Of a DNA stretch of 32,000 bases, positions 13,793-22,247 are shown piece by piece. The stretch covers positions 1 through 32,000 of IMG/VR virus record IMGVR_UViG_3300045988_140275; one strand, 5' to 3'. Source of the stretch: a virus. Below the pieces are notes generated by a model. The model was not told the origin of the DNA. It saw only the letters and a list, made by a program, of their open reading frames with translations, and did not search any database. How positions within the stretch are numbered: the first letter of the stretch is position 1; the number at the start of each line of letters is the position of its first letter. The position numbers and the translations under genes were made by a program.

Positions 13793-14586
13793 TGCAGTCA
13801 GTTAGTGAAATAATCCAAAAACAAAATGATGCGAACAATGAGAAATATCTTAAAAGCAAACATTGCCAAAGCAATTGTGATAAATGCATGGCAGCAGGTG
13901 CATGTGGTATTTGGGAAAAGCCAGCGTATTATGACGGGAAATACCTGGTAGCTGCAACAAAGGTATTTTGTTCAAAAAGAAATGATTGTGAAAAATTATC
14001 AAGCTATCGCAGCGAATGGATTGAGAAGAACAAAAAGAACAGTGGCTTAAAAGATCTGTTGAATAAACGAATCAATGATTTCGTTGCATCTGATCCGTGG
14101 CAGGAAGCAATCAAAAAAATGGCAGTGAATTACATCCAGGATTGTAAAAACAATTTTGCAGAACATACTCCTTGCAATTGGCTGATGTTTTTAGGACAGA
14201 GCGGATGTGGTAAAACACATCTATGTTCAGGAATCAGTAATTGGCTGTTAGAACAAAATAAACGTGTTCTGTACGTCAGATACATTGAGTTAAGCAATTC
14301 TATTAGCAACTTTGATTATTCACTTCTAGAACGTGCTAAACACGCTCAAATCTTGTATCTAGATGACTTGTTTAAATCTAGTGCCAATCGGTTGGATGAT
14401 AAAGCAATCTTTGATTTGATTGATTATCGCTATAACAACAATATGCAGACGATCATATCCTGCGAAAGAACAAGCCAGGAAATGATTGATATAAATGAAG
14501 CGGTTATTGGACGAATTGTTGAAAAGTGCAATGGTTTCTTCTTTGAAATTGAGAAAGAGCCTGGAAAGAATTACAGGTTGAACTGA
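13792..14586 (+). CDS. DnaC/IstB-like AAA+ helicase loader
   Basis: Walker A is GQSGCGKTHL and Walker B is ILYLDDLF. The N-terminal region is Cys-rich. TAATG couples it to the organiser gene. Confidence 0.75.
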   Translation: MQSVSEIIQKQNDANNEKYLKSKHCQSNCDKCMAAGACGIWEKPAYYDGKYLVAATKVFCSKRNDCEKLSSYRSEWIEKNKKNSGLKDLLNKRINDFVASDPWQEAIKKMAVNYIQDCKNNFAEHTPCNWLMFLGQSGCGKTHLCSGISNWLLEQNKRVLYVRYIELSNSISNFDYSLLERAKHAQILYLDDLFKSSANRLDDKAIFDLIDYRYNNNMQTIISCERTSQEMIDINEAVIGRIVEKCNGFFFEIEKEPGKNYRLN

Positions 14587-14792
14587 TGGCACGAAAAATA
14601 TATGGAATATACAAGGATGATCTTCCTGCTTGTATTGGAACAGAAGATGAATGTGCATCGTTTTTAGAAACAACAATCAATACATTTAGATCCATGTATT
14701 CCAAACAGAAAAAAGGAAAAATAAAGCGTTCAAGGAATGGATTTATAATCGTAAAAATATGTGAAGAATTGGAATTGGAGGAAATAGAATGA
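14586..14792 (+). CDS. Hypothetical protein
   Basis: Track ORF with a TGATG overlap with the previous gene. Confidence 0.5.
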   Translation: MARKIYGIYKDDLPACIGTEDECASFLETTINTFRSMYSKQKKGKIKRSRNGFIIVKICEELELEEIE

Positions 14793-15220
14793 TTGAATCA
14801 AAAGTTATTGAAAAATTCATGGAAGAAAATGGTTTAGAACCATATGATGCATTTGATGCGGATGGTGAGCTAAAAAAATACAATCCATGTTATTTTACTG
14901 AAGAATTAGAATTACGATCAATGTATCTTGATTTTAAAGGTGTTGATAGTCCACTTTGTGCAATTTGGTTACATAGACTATTAACCGGGAAAGATCATGT
15001 AAAGCATAAAAGAACAAAAGAAAATAATTTGGAAGTTGTTGCTGAAGAAAAGAGAAATGTTGTTTGTAAGGTATCTGTTAAAGGATATGTTATGTTGGAT
15101 GAAGAATTAGATTATTTAAGAAAAGCGTGTCATTTAGCAAGCAATGTTGCGTTTGAAAACGACGAAAAAAACATTTATAGAAAATTAAATGAATATTTAA
15201 TAACAGGTGAAAGATCCTAA
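14789..15220 (+). CDS. Hypothetical protein
   Basis: Track ORF with a 4-nt overlap with the previous gene. Confidence 0.55.
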   Translation: MIESKVIEKFMEENGLEPYDAFDADGELKKYNPCYFTEELELRSMYLDFKGVDSPLCAIWLHRLLTGKDHVKHKRTKENNLEVVAEEKRNVVCKVSVKGYVMLDEELDYLRKACHLASNVAFENDEKNIYRKLNEYLITGERS

Positions 15221-15274
15221 TGTTAGAAGGAGTAAGCACCAATTTGTTAGGCGTTAGATACGCAGAGGTATAGC

Positions 15275-15733
15275 ATGATAAAGAAATGCAAAGTGTGTGG
15301 CAAAGAGTTTGAAACTAAAAGCAACAGAGCGATTTATTGTAGTGATAAATGCAAACGTGCAGCTATTAGAGAAAAAGAAAAACCTACGCTAATTAAAAGA
15401 GCAAAGGATATGTCTAGAGATAAAAATAAAGTTTACTCATTGTATCAATGCAAATGTGCGATATGTGGATGGCAGATAAGCGAAAATTTGGTCATTCGCA
15501 AAGGGAAAGCATTGCCTTCATATGGTTGTGAAATACACCACATTGTACCTGTTTCAGAAGGTGGTAGTGGAGAACTAGATAATCTGATTATGTTGTGTCC
15601 TAATTGCCATAAAAAAGCAGATTACGGAGTTATTACACGTGAACAACTTAGAAAAGCTCAAAAAAAAGAATGTGATAATGAAGATTTTAGCAATAGACCT
15701 GAGTATATGATTGCTAAATTACTAGAATTATAG
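15275..15733 (+). CDS. HNH endonuclease with an N-terminal zinc ribbon
   Basis: The zinc ribbon is CKVCGKEF...YCSDKCKR. The HNH core is CEIHHIVPVSEGGSGELDNLIMLCPNCHKKAD. Confidence 0.85.
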   Translation: MIKKCKVCGKEFETKSNRAIYCSDKCKRAAIREKEKPTLIKRAKDMSRDKNKVYSLYQCKCAICGWQISENLVIRKGKALPSYGCEIHHIVPVSEGGSGELDNLIMLCPNCHKKADYGVITREQLRKAQKKECDNEDFSNRPEYMIAKLLEL

Positions 15734-15744
15734 AAGGAGCTAAG

Positions 15745-16428
15745 ATGGAAAAATATTTATTTAAATCGAATATATTCGCTCAATTATCGGAAATCGTAGA
15801 AGCTGATTCAGAAAAAGAAGTTATGGATAAGATTAGAAAACAAGAATCTTTTGAAATTAAGCAAGAAGTTTTGAGACTTTATCCATCATCAATTGAGATT
15901 AGAAAAATCAAAGAAAAAAAGGAGAAGAAAATGACAAGTACAGAAATGATTGAAGATATGTTGGAAAGACAAAAGAGACATGATGCAGAAGTGTTCAAAA
16001 AGCACAAAATCACAAGTGTTTCTAGACAACAATTAGAAAGTGCATTATTTGATGAGCTAGGAGAATTGATGCACGCTCAGAAAGCAGATTGGTGCTGGTG
16101 GAAATTTACACAAGAACCCGTAGATGTAGACAAAGTAATTGAAGAATATATTGATGTTGTTCATTTCGCATTGATGTATGAAATTAAATTTGGTTCAGGA
16201 TGTTATACAGACAAGGATATTGAACATAATTATATAAAGCTAAAATATGATTTACGTCGTGGACAAGCGTTTGTGTATAGTTGTGTAATCTGTAGGACAA
16301 AAGACGATAACATATTAGCTTACGTAATCGCACTTGGATTGCATATGGGATTTTCATTAGAAAAAATTTATAAAGAATATATTCGCAAGAATGAGATCAA
16401 TAAAGAAAGATTAGCGAAGGGGTACTAG
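15745..16428 (+). CDS. Dimeric-dUTPase-like / all-alpha NTP pyrophosphohydrolase
   Basis: LESALFDELGELMHAQKADWCWWK...VIEEYIDVVHFALMYEI resembles the dUTPase_2 (dimeric) family. A second good SD (AAGGAGAAG) precedes the internal ATG at 15931, so the enzyme domain may start there. Confidence 0.6.
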   Translation: MEKYLFKSNIFAQLSEIVEADSEKEVMDKIRKQESFEIKQEVLRLYPSSIEIRKIKEKKEKKMTSTEMIEDMLERQKRHDAEVFKKHKITSVSRQQLESALFDELGELMHAQKADWCWWKFTQEPVDVDKVIEEYIDVVHFALMYEIKFGSGCYTDKDIEHNYIKLKYDLRRGQAFVYSCVICRTKDDNILAYVIALGLHMGFSLEKIYKEYIRKNEINKERLAKGY

Positions 16429-16431
16429 GAT

Positions 16432-16674
16432 ATGTGGATTAGAAGTCAAAATAAACAGTTATTAATGAATGTTAATACATCTGAAGGAATACGAATTAAT
16501 GAGTATCCTGATGAATGTTTGATTTGTTTAGAATATTGTAAGGCAAGCTACGATTTAGGTGGATATTCTAGCAAAGAAAAAGCTTTATTAGTATTAGATA
16601 TGATCGAAAAAGTCTCGATGTATCCAGGAAATACTTTGTTTCAAATGCCTGCGGATGATGAGGTTGAAGCATGA
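16432..16674 (+). CDS. Hypothetical phage protein
   Basis: Track ORF, tightly packed in the gene train. Confidence 0.55.
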   Translation: MWIRSQNKQLLMNVNTSEGIRINEYPDECLICLEYCKASYDLGGYSSKEKALLVLDMIEKVSMYPGNTLFQMPADDEVEA

Positions 16675-16967
16675 AATTAATAGAATTGTTTCCATTGATT
16701 GAATGGCCTAAAGTAAACGTTTATGAAAAAAGAAAATATATGCCGTCTATATTTATCGCATCGGTTAATCCAAAAAAGAATAAAGAATGTATTTCCAACG
16801 ATTTATTAGACAGAGAAATTTATTCAATTTCAATAAGTTATAATCGTGAATTCAACATTTACGTTCGCAATAAGAAAGATGATGAAGAATTAATTAAAAA
16901 AGCTGCTTCAATTGGATTGATTGAAGATGTTAACAATGATAATTCAAATGAGGATGTAGAAGTATGA
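16671..16967 (+). CDS. Hypothetical protein
   Basis: Track ORF with 4-nt overlaps on both sides. Confidence 0.55.
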   Translation: MKLIELFPLIEWPKVNVYEKRKYMPSIFIASVNPKKNKECISNDLLDREIYSISISYNREFNIYVRNKKDDEELIKKAASIGLIEDVNNDNSNEDVEV

Positions 16968-17596
16968 CAGAAAAATTAAGACCATGTCCATTTTGTGGTG
17001 GGGAAGCAAGATTACAGTTAACAGATGATGAAGGAAATTTTAAAGATGAATCCTATTTAGAAGATCCATACAGTGGAGTTGGATATGTAATTATGCACGA
17101 TACAAATAATTCAACAAGCGATTGTCCTATTGCTACTGATTCAGATAGTTCGCAAGGCAGCTACATTTACGCATCAAAGGAAGCAGCAATAAATGCCTGG
17201 AATGGAAGAACAGATGATGATTTAACCAATTATATATCTAAAATTATGAATATCTTCTATGGATCATTCATAAATCACAATAAAGAGCTAATTCTGATTC
17301 CAAAAACAAATCTATATTTCTATTTAGGTGATGTTAATACAGTTGACGAAGTGAAGTACAAATTACTTGAATGGTGCAGCAGAAGTTGTTTTAAAGCAAT
17401 GCCATACAGATATGACAAGAAGAATAAAAAGTATCAAGATAATGTTTTAAGAAAAGTGAATGAATGTCTTGATAGGGAATTTACACGAGAACAAATGGAA
17501 TTGATTTACACAAAATTAGGAAACTGTATAAATCATGAATTGACAATGAAATTTGTTAGTAGTGGTTATGACATGAAACAGTTAGAGGAAAAATAA
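16964..17596 (+). CDS. Lar-family-like (restriction alleviation) N-terminal zinc ribbon fused to an unknown C-terminal domain
   Basis: The N-terminus LRPCPFCGGEARLQ...INAWNGR matches the Lar-type pattern (PCPFCGG...W-N-x-R). About 120 extra C-terminal residues are of unknown function. Confidence 0.5.
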   Translation: MTEKLRPCPFCGGEARLQLTDDEGNFKDESYLEDPYSGVGYVIMHDTNNSTSDCPIATDSDSSQGSYIYASKEAAINAWNGRTDDDLTNYISKIMNIFYGSFINHNKELILIPKTNLYFYLGDVNTVDEVKYKLLEWCSRSCFKAMPYRYDKKNKKYQDNVLRKVNECLDREFTREQMELIYTKLGNCINHELTMKFVSSGYDMKQLEEK

Positions 17597-17619
17597 AATG
17601 ATGGATTTGAGGAGACGAA

Positions 17620-17778
17620 ATGAGAGATATTATAAGTGAATGGATTTATATATTTATCATAAGTAATTTGTGTGTCATATTGATTATCTTAGAAATTGAC
17701 ATTATCAAGCAAAATATCAGAGACTCAAAAGAAATGAGAGAAGTTGAAGAAATGGCAAAAAAGAGGGATAAAAAATGA
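17620..17778 (+). CDS. 52-aa membrane peptide
   Basis: The sequence is MRDIISEWIYIFIISNLCVILIILEIDIIKQNIRDSKEMREVEEMAKKRDKK. The SD is GAGGAG. The ATGA overlaps the next gene. It is below the track cutoff. Confidence 0.5.
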   Translation: MRDIISEWIYIFIISNLCVILIILEIDIIKQNIRDSKEMREVEEMAKKRDKK

Positions 17779-18083
17779 GTGGTGGAAGTTATTGTTATAT
17801 GTTTAACCGAATTGAAGAAGAATATGTAGGTAGAATGTTTGATTCGCAATTAAATAGCATGATGAAAGATTTAGTTGAAGTTCTACATGATTTAGAATGG
17901 TGGCAATCATGTGATTGTGATGAAAAACGTTATCGTGAAAAAGTTACTAAGTTCAAAAAGAAATGGTTCAAACAAACTAAGATCGATGTACAAAAGCAAA
18001 TTGAATCAGAGTTTGAAAGAACAAAGAATGAGTTGCTAAAAGAATTTGATTATTTGAAGGATGATGAGAATGAGCATAACTGA
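17775..18083 (+). CDS. Hypothetical protein
   Basis: Track ORF, coupled to its neighbours. Confidence 0.55.
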   Translation: MSGGSYCYMFNRIEEEYVGRMFDSQLNSMMKDLVEVLHDLEWWQSCDCDEKRYREKVTKFKKKWFKQTKIDVQKQIESEFERTKNELLKEFDYLKDDENEHN

Positions 18084-18300
18084 ATATGATATTCATGATG
18101 AATCAATTAAGAGTGGATGCATTCAATTGAAAGCTCATATTTACAGACATCCATACTCAAAGTATTTTTTTGAATCAATTGATAGTATGAATAAAATCAT
18201 TGATTACATTGTTAAATTGGAACGCGAGAATCTAGGATTGAAAGAATATAAGAAAAACCAGGAAAGAGCAAACGAAAGAAGATATCGTAGTGGTGAGTAG
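18061..18300 (+). CDS. Hypothetical protein
   Basis: Track ORF. The ATG at 18070 has better SD spacing (GAAGGA), so the start is uncertain. Confidence 0.5.
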   Translation: MMRMSITEYDIHDESIKSGCIQLKAHIYRHPYSKYFFESIDSMNKIIDYIVKLERENLGLKEYKKNQERANERRYRSGE

Positions 18301-18353
18301 TCCTGGCATAGAGGTTCTGTTGTTGAAAAAATAAATAGATTGGAGAAAGTGGA

Positions 18354-18590
18354 ATGGTTAATATGAAGGGATATCAACCAAAAGAAATTGATAGAAGCAA
18401 AATAAAAGTGCCTGAATATTTGAAAAAAAATAAAGAGCCTGAATATGAATACAAGGTAGCGTGGGCTAATGAACGTAATAAAGCGTATATCGAATATTTA
18501 TTGAATAATGGATGGAGCATTTTTAATGTACAAATTCCTTTGATTTATTTTAGAAAGGAAAAAAAGGATGTTAAAGAAATACAGGATTAA
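18354..18590 (+). CDS. Hypothetical protein
   Basis: Track ORF with the SD GGAGAAAG upstream. Confidence 0.5.
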   Translation: MVNMKGYQPKEIDRSKIKVPEYLKKNKEPEYEYKVAWANERNKAYIEYLLNNGWSIFNVQIPLIYFRKEKKDVKEIQD

Positions 18591-18714
18591 GTATATCAAA
18601 GACAATAATATTTGTGTGATGGAAGTTATGGAGGAATCAAAAAGCATGGCAATGTATAAGTTCTATATGAAATTTCCATCATGCAGCATTGAGGAAATTG
18701 AAGAAATAGCATAG
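18568..18714 (+). CDS. Possible 48-aa ORF
   Basis: The sequence is MLKKYRIKYIKDNNICVMEVMEESKSMAMYKFYMKFPSCSIEEIEEIA. It fills the 18591-18722 gap, overlaps the previous gene by 23 nt and has only a weak SD. Confidence 0.3.
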   Translation: MLKKYRIKYIKDNNICVMEVMEESKSMAMYKFYMKFPSCSIEEIEEIA

Positions 18715-18722
18715 GAGAGAAG

Positions 18723-19190
18723 ATGAGTAAAACGGATTATGAAGAATATGTAGATGTTCAGGTGGATACATTAATTAAAAAACTTGAAATGTTCAAGATC
18801 TATGAAAGAAAGTTTAAATCGTTGGATGGAATCTTAAAGGATTTGGAGGTTCGCAAAAAAGAATTTTCAGATCCAAAGTCACCATCATTTGAACAAAGAC
18901 TAGATTCAAAGAAAAACAAGGACATTACAAATGATGTTCTTGTAAAGTTTATTTCAAAAGAAAAAACACTTGAAGATGATAAGAATCTAATCTTCGGAAA
19001 GATGAGAGAAATTGAAACAATTATTGACCTTATTCCGGATGATGATATTCGTTTATATATGAAACGTCATTATATCAACGGAGAGTCATTTGAGAAGCTT
19101 TCAGGAGAAAAGTTCTGTAGCAGAATGAAAATGTATTACGCAATGAAAAAAGAGCTTAAAAAGCTCGTTATAGGGGATTTAAGTAAATAA
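18723..19190 (+). CDS. Putative late-gene transcriptional activator (sigma region-4-like, ArpU/RinA-type position)
   Basis: The C-terminal LIPDDDIRLYMKRHYINGESFEKLSGEKFCSRMKMYYAMKKELKKL resembles a region-4 HTH. It sits at the end of the early/middle region, as in many Firmicutes siphoviruses. Confidence 0.5.
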   Translation: MSKTDYEEYVDVQVDTLIKKLEMFKIYERKFKSLDGILKDLEVRKKEFSDPKSPSFEQRLDSKKNKDITNDVLVKFISKEKTLEDDKNLIFGKMREIETIIDLIPDDDIRLYMKRHYINGESFEKLSGEKFCSRMKMYYAMKKELKKLVIGDLSK

Positions 19191-19203
19191 GAGAGGACGA
19201 ACA

Positions 19204-19473
19204 ATGCAGAAAGTAATCAGATCATATATTTTTGATGGGAAAAGTTTTGAAGAATTGCAAAAAGCGTTAGATGAAGGCTATGTTGTTGTTATGGCAAATA
19301 AGGTTGGAAAATGTGATGATGCTATTGAATACATTCTTGAAAATAAAGACAAAGAAATCTCGATTGATACTATTGTTAAAGGATTAAGAGTGTATGCAAC
19401 AACAAAAACGGATTTGTTTAAGGCAGGAGTTTTACAAGCGGCAAAGTTGATTGAAACAGGTGAAGTAAGATGA
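19204..19473 (+). CDS. Hypothetical protein
   Basis: Track ORF with the SD GAGAGGA upstream. Confidence 0.5.
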   Translation: MQKVIRSYIFDGKSFEELQKALDEGYVVVMANKVGKCDDAIEYILENKDKEISIDTIVKGLRVYATTKTDLFKAGVLQAAKLIETGEVR

Positions 19474-19540
19474 GATTAATTGCATAAATACGTGGTTGAA
19501 AAATTCATAAAGTTTTTATTTTAGAAAAGTGTTACAAAGT

Positions 19541-19560
19541 AGCCTATTTACTAGGCTTTT
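19541..19560 (+). terminator. Weak hairpin terminator
   Basis: AGCCTA (19541-19546) / TAGGCT (19552-19557), followed by TTT. Confidence 0.35.
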
Positions 19561-19619
19561 AAAAGGTTTGTGGTTAGTCTGATAATATATAGTTATCGGA
19601 CATAGAAAAGAGGAATGAA

Positions 19620-19895
19620 ATGAATAAAATATACAAATTATTAATGGTTGGAATGATTGGCATTTCCTTGTTTGGATGTGCTTCTATGGATCGTTTTGGC
19701 ACTGATGTTAAGTCAGATTTGAATGGCGGATTGAATAGAATAATTAATGTGTATACAGCAGATGGAAAAATTATAGCAAGCTATGAAGGTAGAATTGATA
19801 TTGAAATAAATGATGGTGGATATGTAAAATTTGATTATGATGGAAAAAGATATGTTTATTATAATTGTTTTGTAGAAACGATTGCAGATAAATAG
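19620..19895 (+). CDS. Small lipoprotein
   Basis: It has a signal peptide with the lipobox LFGC (MNKIYKLLMVGMIGISLFGCAS). It is preceded by a hairpin and the imperfect inverted repeat GTCTGATAA/TTATCGGAC (19577-19601). Confidence 0.75.
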   Translation: MNKIYKLLMVGMIGISLFGCASMDRFGTDVKSDLNGGLNRIINVYTADGKIIASYEGRIDIEINDGGYVKFDYDGKRYVYYNCFVETIADK

Positions 19896-19905
19896 GAGTG
19901 ATAAT

Positions 19906-20478
19906 GTGGAAGATTTCATAAAAGATGTTTTACTAGCGTTTGTTGCAGCTGGTGGATGTGGATATTTAAATTATTACGTTTTAACATGCACAAATGTGAT
20001 TGAAGAACAAGACCGAGCAGATAAAGAAAGATTGTATTTGATGATCTTATCCTTGTTTAATATTCTTGTTTGCTTCTTCTTTAGTGATTATTTGAAATGG
20101 AATATTTATAAAAGTGTTTTGATTACATTTTTATTAACATTAATAAGTTCGTTTACTGTACATGCTCATGTTATTAAGCTTTTTAGAACATTAGTTAATT
20201 TGATTAGAAAAGGCAAAGGATTGTCTGAAATGACTTTTGGAACTATTCAGGAAGATGTTTTTGAAAGTGATAACATGACAATTGGATATTTCTATACTAG
20301 AGAAGGAAGTTTTATTGCGTGTGGATATATTGGAATGCATTCAGAAAGAACTGGTGAATTTACTATAGCACCAAGAAAAAGTGTATCTGAGAAAAGTTTT
20401 TCAGAAGCTTGTGCATTGCCAGGAGCAAAAGTTTTTATTAATGATGAAATGAAAATAGTCACCATCGAACAACGATAG
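19906..20478 (+). CDS. Membrane protein with a soluble C-terminal domain
   Basis: This is the in-frame GTG at 19906 of track ORF 19882..20478, with AGGAG 7 nt upstream. It has three hydrophobic helices followed by a soluble domain of about 90 aa. Confidence 0.6.
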   Translation: MEDFIKDVLLAFVAAGGCGYLNYYVLTCTNVIEEQDRADKERLYLMILSLFNILVCFFFSDYLKWNIYKSVLITFLLTLISSFTVHAHVIKLFRTLVNLIRKGKGLSEMTFGTIQEDVFESDNMTIGYFYTREGSFIACGYIGMHSERTGEFTIAPRKSVSEKSFSEACALPGAKVFINDEMKIVTIEQR

Positions 20479-20645
20479 TGACTATGGAGGTTATTTTCCG
20501 CCTTCTGATGGTATTTCTTTCTTGACTGTGCCTTTAGTTCTAGATTGAACACCATCATTACTTTTTTCATTTTCTGTCATTTTGTTATCATCCACGATAA
20601 TTATACAGAAATAAGTTTATTAGAAAAGTTTAAGGAGTAAAGAAA

Positions 20646-20999
20646 ATGAAATGTAAATTACCAAAGTTTTTAACAGAAAAACATATAAATATAGGTGATG
20701 AACTTAATAAGTTTTTTATGATCAATAATACACAAAGTTTATTTGTACAATACAAAAATCATGTTGTATGTGTTTATATGGCAGATGAAAAGTTTATTAG
20801 GTGTAATTATGATAAGAATGGTATACTCGTTATTAAGCATTATATTTGTGAACCGCAATTCAAAAGTTTATATAGAAAGTTTTTAGATAATGAAATTGAT
20901 TGCTTAAACTATGAAGACGTAATGAATGGCTGCAATAAGTTTTATCTAAATTCAGATGAAGAATATACAAAGTTTTTAAGAGCGTTGCTTGATATGTAG
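20646..20999 (+). CDS. Hypothetical protein, paralogue 1
   Basis: Track ORF with the SD AAGGAG. LFVQYKNHVVCVY...QFKSLYRKFLDNEIDC aligns with VFVRYDNVQISVV...KFSRLLEKFFDGSILC of the next ORF. Confidence 0.6.
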   Translation: MKCKLPKFLTEKHINIGDELNKFFMINNTQSLFVQYKNHVVCVYMADEKFIRCNYDKNGILVIKHYICEPQFKSLYRKFLDNEIDCLNYEDVMNGCNKFYLNSDEEYTKFLRALLDM

Positions 21000-21020
21000 A
21001 AAGTTTTTAGGAGTGATGAA

Positions 21021-21305
21021 ATGGACGAAAATAAGTTTTCTTATAAAGAAGTTTTTGTGAGATATGATAATGTACAAATTAGTGTTGTTTGTTCTAAAAT
21101 GGTTGAAAAAGTTTTTGAATATAATGCACATGATGATGAAGATGTGTCTGTGAACTATGTTTATTATGTTAAGAAAGAAAAGTTTTCTCGGTTGTTGGAA
21201 AAGTTTTTTGATGGTTCGATTCTATGCAAGCATGAAAAAGGATCTCAAAAGTTTTTTCCAACGTCTCAAGTACAATTAGAAAAAAGTTTTTCTAATCCTG
21301 GATAA
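21021..21305 (+). CDS. Hypothetical protein, paralogue 2
   Basis: Track ORF with the SD AGGAGTG. It is similar to the 20646 ORF, including the upstream TAGAAAGTTT..AGGAGT context. Confidence 0.6.
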   Translation: MDENKFSYKEVFVRYDNVQISVVCSKMVEKVFEYNAHDDEDVSVNYVYYVKKEKFSRLLEKFFDGSILCKHEKGSQKFFPTSQVQLEKSFSNPG

Positions 21306-21346
21306 ATAAGTTTTTCAAAAGAAAGTTTTTCGGATATAATGAATAC

Positions 21347-21907
21347 ATGAATGATTATATAAGTTTTCTATGCACATTATTAAATATAAAGATTCCAAAA
21401 GTTTTCTTTAAAGCAAATGATAAGGTTTATGATCTTAAACATAAACCAGTCAATAAAGAACTTTTTCAAGTAAAAGATACAAGCATATGCACATCATATC
21501 CAAAAGAGAATGTAATTTGTGTAAACCTGAATACATCCATAATAGATACTAGTGTAGTTTATATATATCTTGCGCATGAAATAAGGCATTTATATCAATA
21601 TTCATGTGTATATAATAAGAATCAAAAAGTATTTTCTATGGATGAGAGAAGTGTATCTATATGGAAAAAGGAACTTGAAAGTTATAAGGATTCAAGCAGC
21701 AAACACTATGAGAATCAGGAAATAGAAAAAGATGCAAACTTGTTTGCAAACTTTATAGCTATAGTGATATTTAAAAGAGTTTTGGATATAAAAGAAATTG
21801 ACAAAAAAGAATATGAGTTTAAAACAAAACTTTTTATGAACTTTTTCGCATCGAATCCGGTTAAAAAGCAGCTGATCCAGAAGCAAATCAAAAAAATGAA
21901 AGTATAA
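21347..21907 (+). CDS. Putative HExxH zinc metallopeptidase (ImmA/IrrE-like motif)
   Basis: VVYIYLAHEIRHLYQY contains HExxH in a hydrophobic helix context. There is no obvious SD. The family assignment is tentative. Confidence 0.45.
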   Translation: MNDYISFLCTLLNIKIPKVFFKANDKVYDLKHKPVNKELFQVKDTSICTSYPKENVICVNLNTSIIDTSVVYIYLAHEIRHLYQYSCVYNKNQKVFSMDERSVSIWKKELESYKDSSSKHYENQEIEKDANLFANFIAIVIFKRVLDIKEIDKKEYEFKTKLFMNFFASNPVKKQLIQKQIKKMKV

Positions 21908-21934
21908 AAAAAGGACTTTTTTACAAGTCCTTTT
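21906..21934. terminator. Bidirectional terminator between convergent blocks
   Basis: AAGGACTT (21911-21918) / AAGTCCTT (21925-21932), flanked by an upstream A-run and a downstream T-run. Confidence 0.75.
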
Positions 21935-22235
21935 CAATTTGTTCGAGTTCTCTTTTTGCATGGTTGAAGCGCTTTTTTTCACGTTTGCTTTTTTCTTTTT
22001 GATCCCATTTTTCTAAATGGATTTTTGCATATCTAAAAAGCCTAACATATAGATAATTTTTTGTGTAAGAATCAAAATTATAAATAGATCCATTCATAAA
22101 ATGCAAATCAACATACTTTGCATATTTTCCAATTGCAATATAACTGATATATCCATTACTAAATAAACCAGGTTCACGGCTCATATATTGCAATAAATTA
22201 CATAAATTTTTTATATCGTTAACAGTTTTCTTCAT
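21921..22235 (-). CDS. Hypothetical protein (last gene of the ArdA operon)
   Basis: Track ORF with the SD AGGAGGTAAGGAAA upstream on the minus strand. Confidence 0.55.
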   Translation of the reverse strand: MKKTVNDIKNLCNLLQYMSREPGLFSNGYISYIAIGKYAKYVDLHFMNGSIYNFDSYTKNYLYVRLFRYAKIHLEKWDQKEKSKREKKRFNHAKRELEQIEKDL

Positions 22236-22247
22236 TTTCCTTACCTC

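Larger units (their letters stand above)
20394..21405 (+). repeat. Array of 24 same-strand AAGTTT(T) motifs
   Basis: AAG start positions are 20394, 20429, 20613, 20626, 20664, 20709, 20735, 20790, 20864, 20877, 20937, 20970, 21001, 21033, 21049, 21109, 21180, 21201, 21249, 21284, 21308, 21323, 21361 and 21399. They occur in all three codon phases and in intergenic DNA. No reverse-complement copy was seen in the interval. Confidence 0.9.

Noticed and set aside
20491-20580. 29-aa minus-strand ORF (MTENEKSNDGVQSRTKGTVKKEIPSEGGK) in the 20479-20645 gap.
   Set aside because: The SD is weak or absent, there is no promoter, and it is opposite to all surrounding genes. It is probably non-coding spacer.
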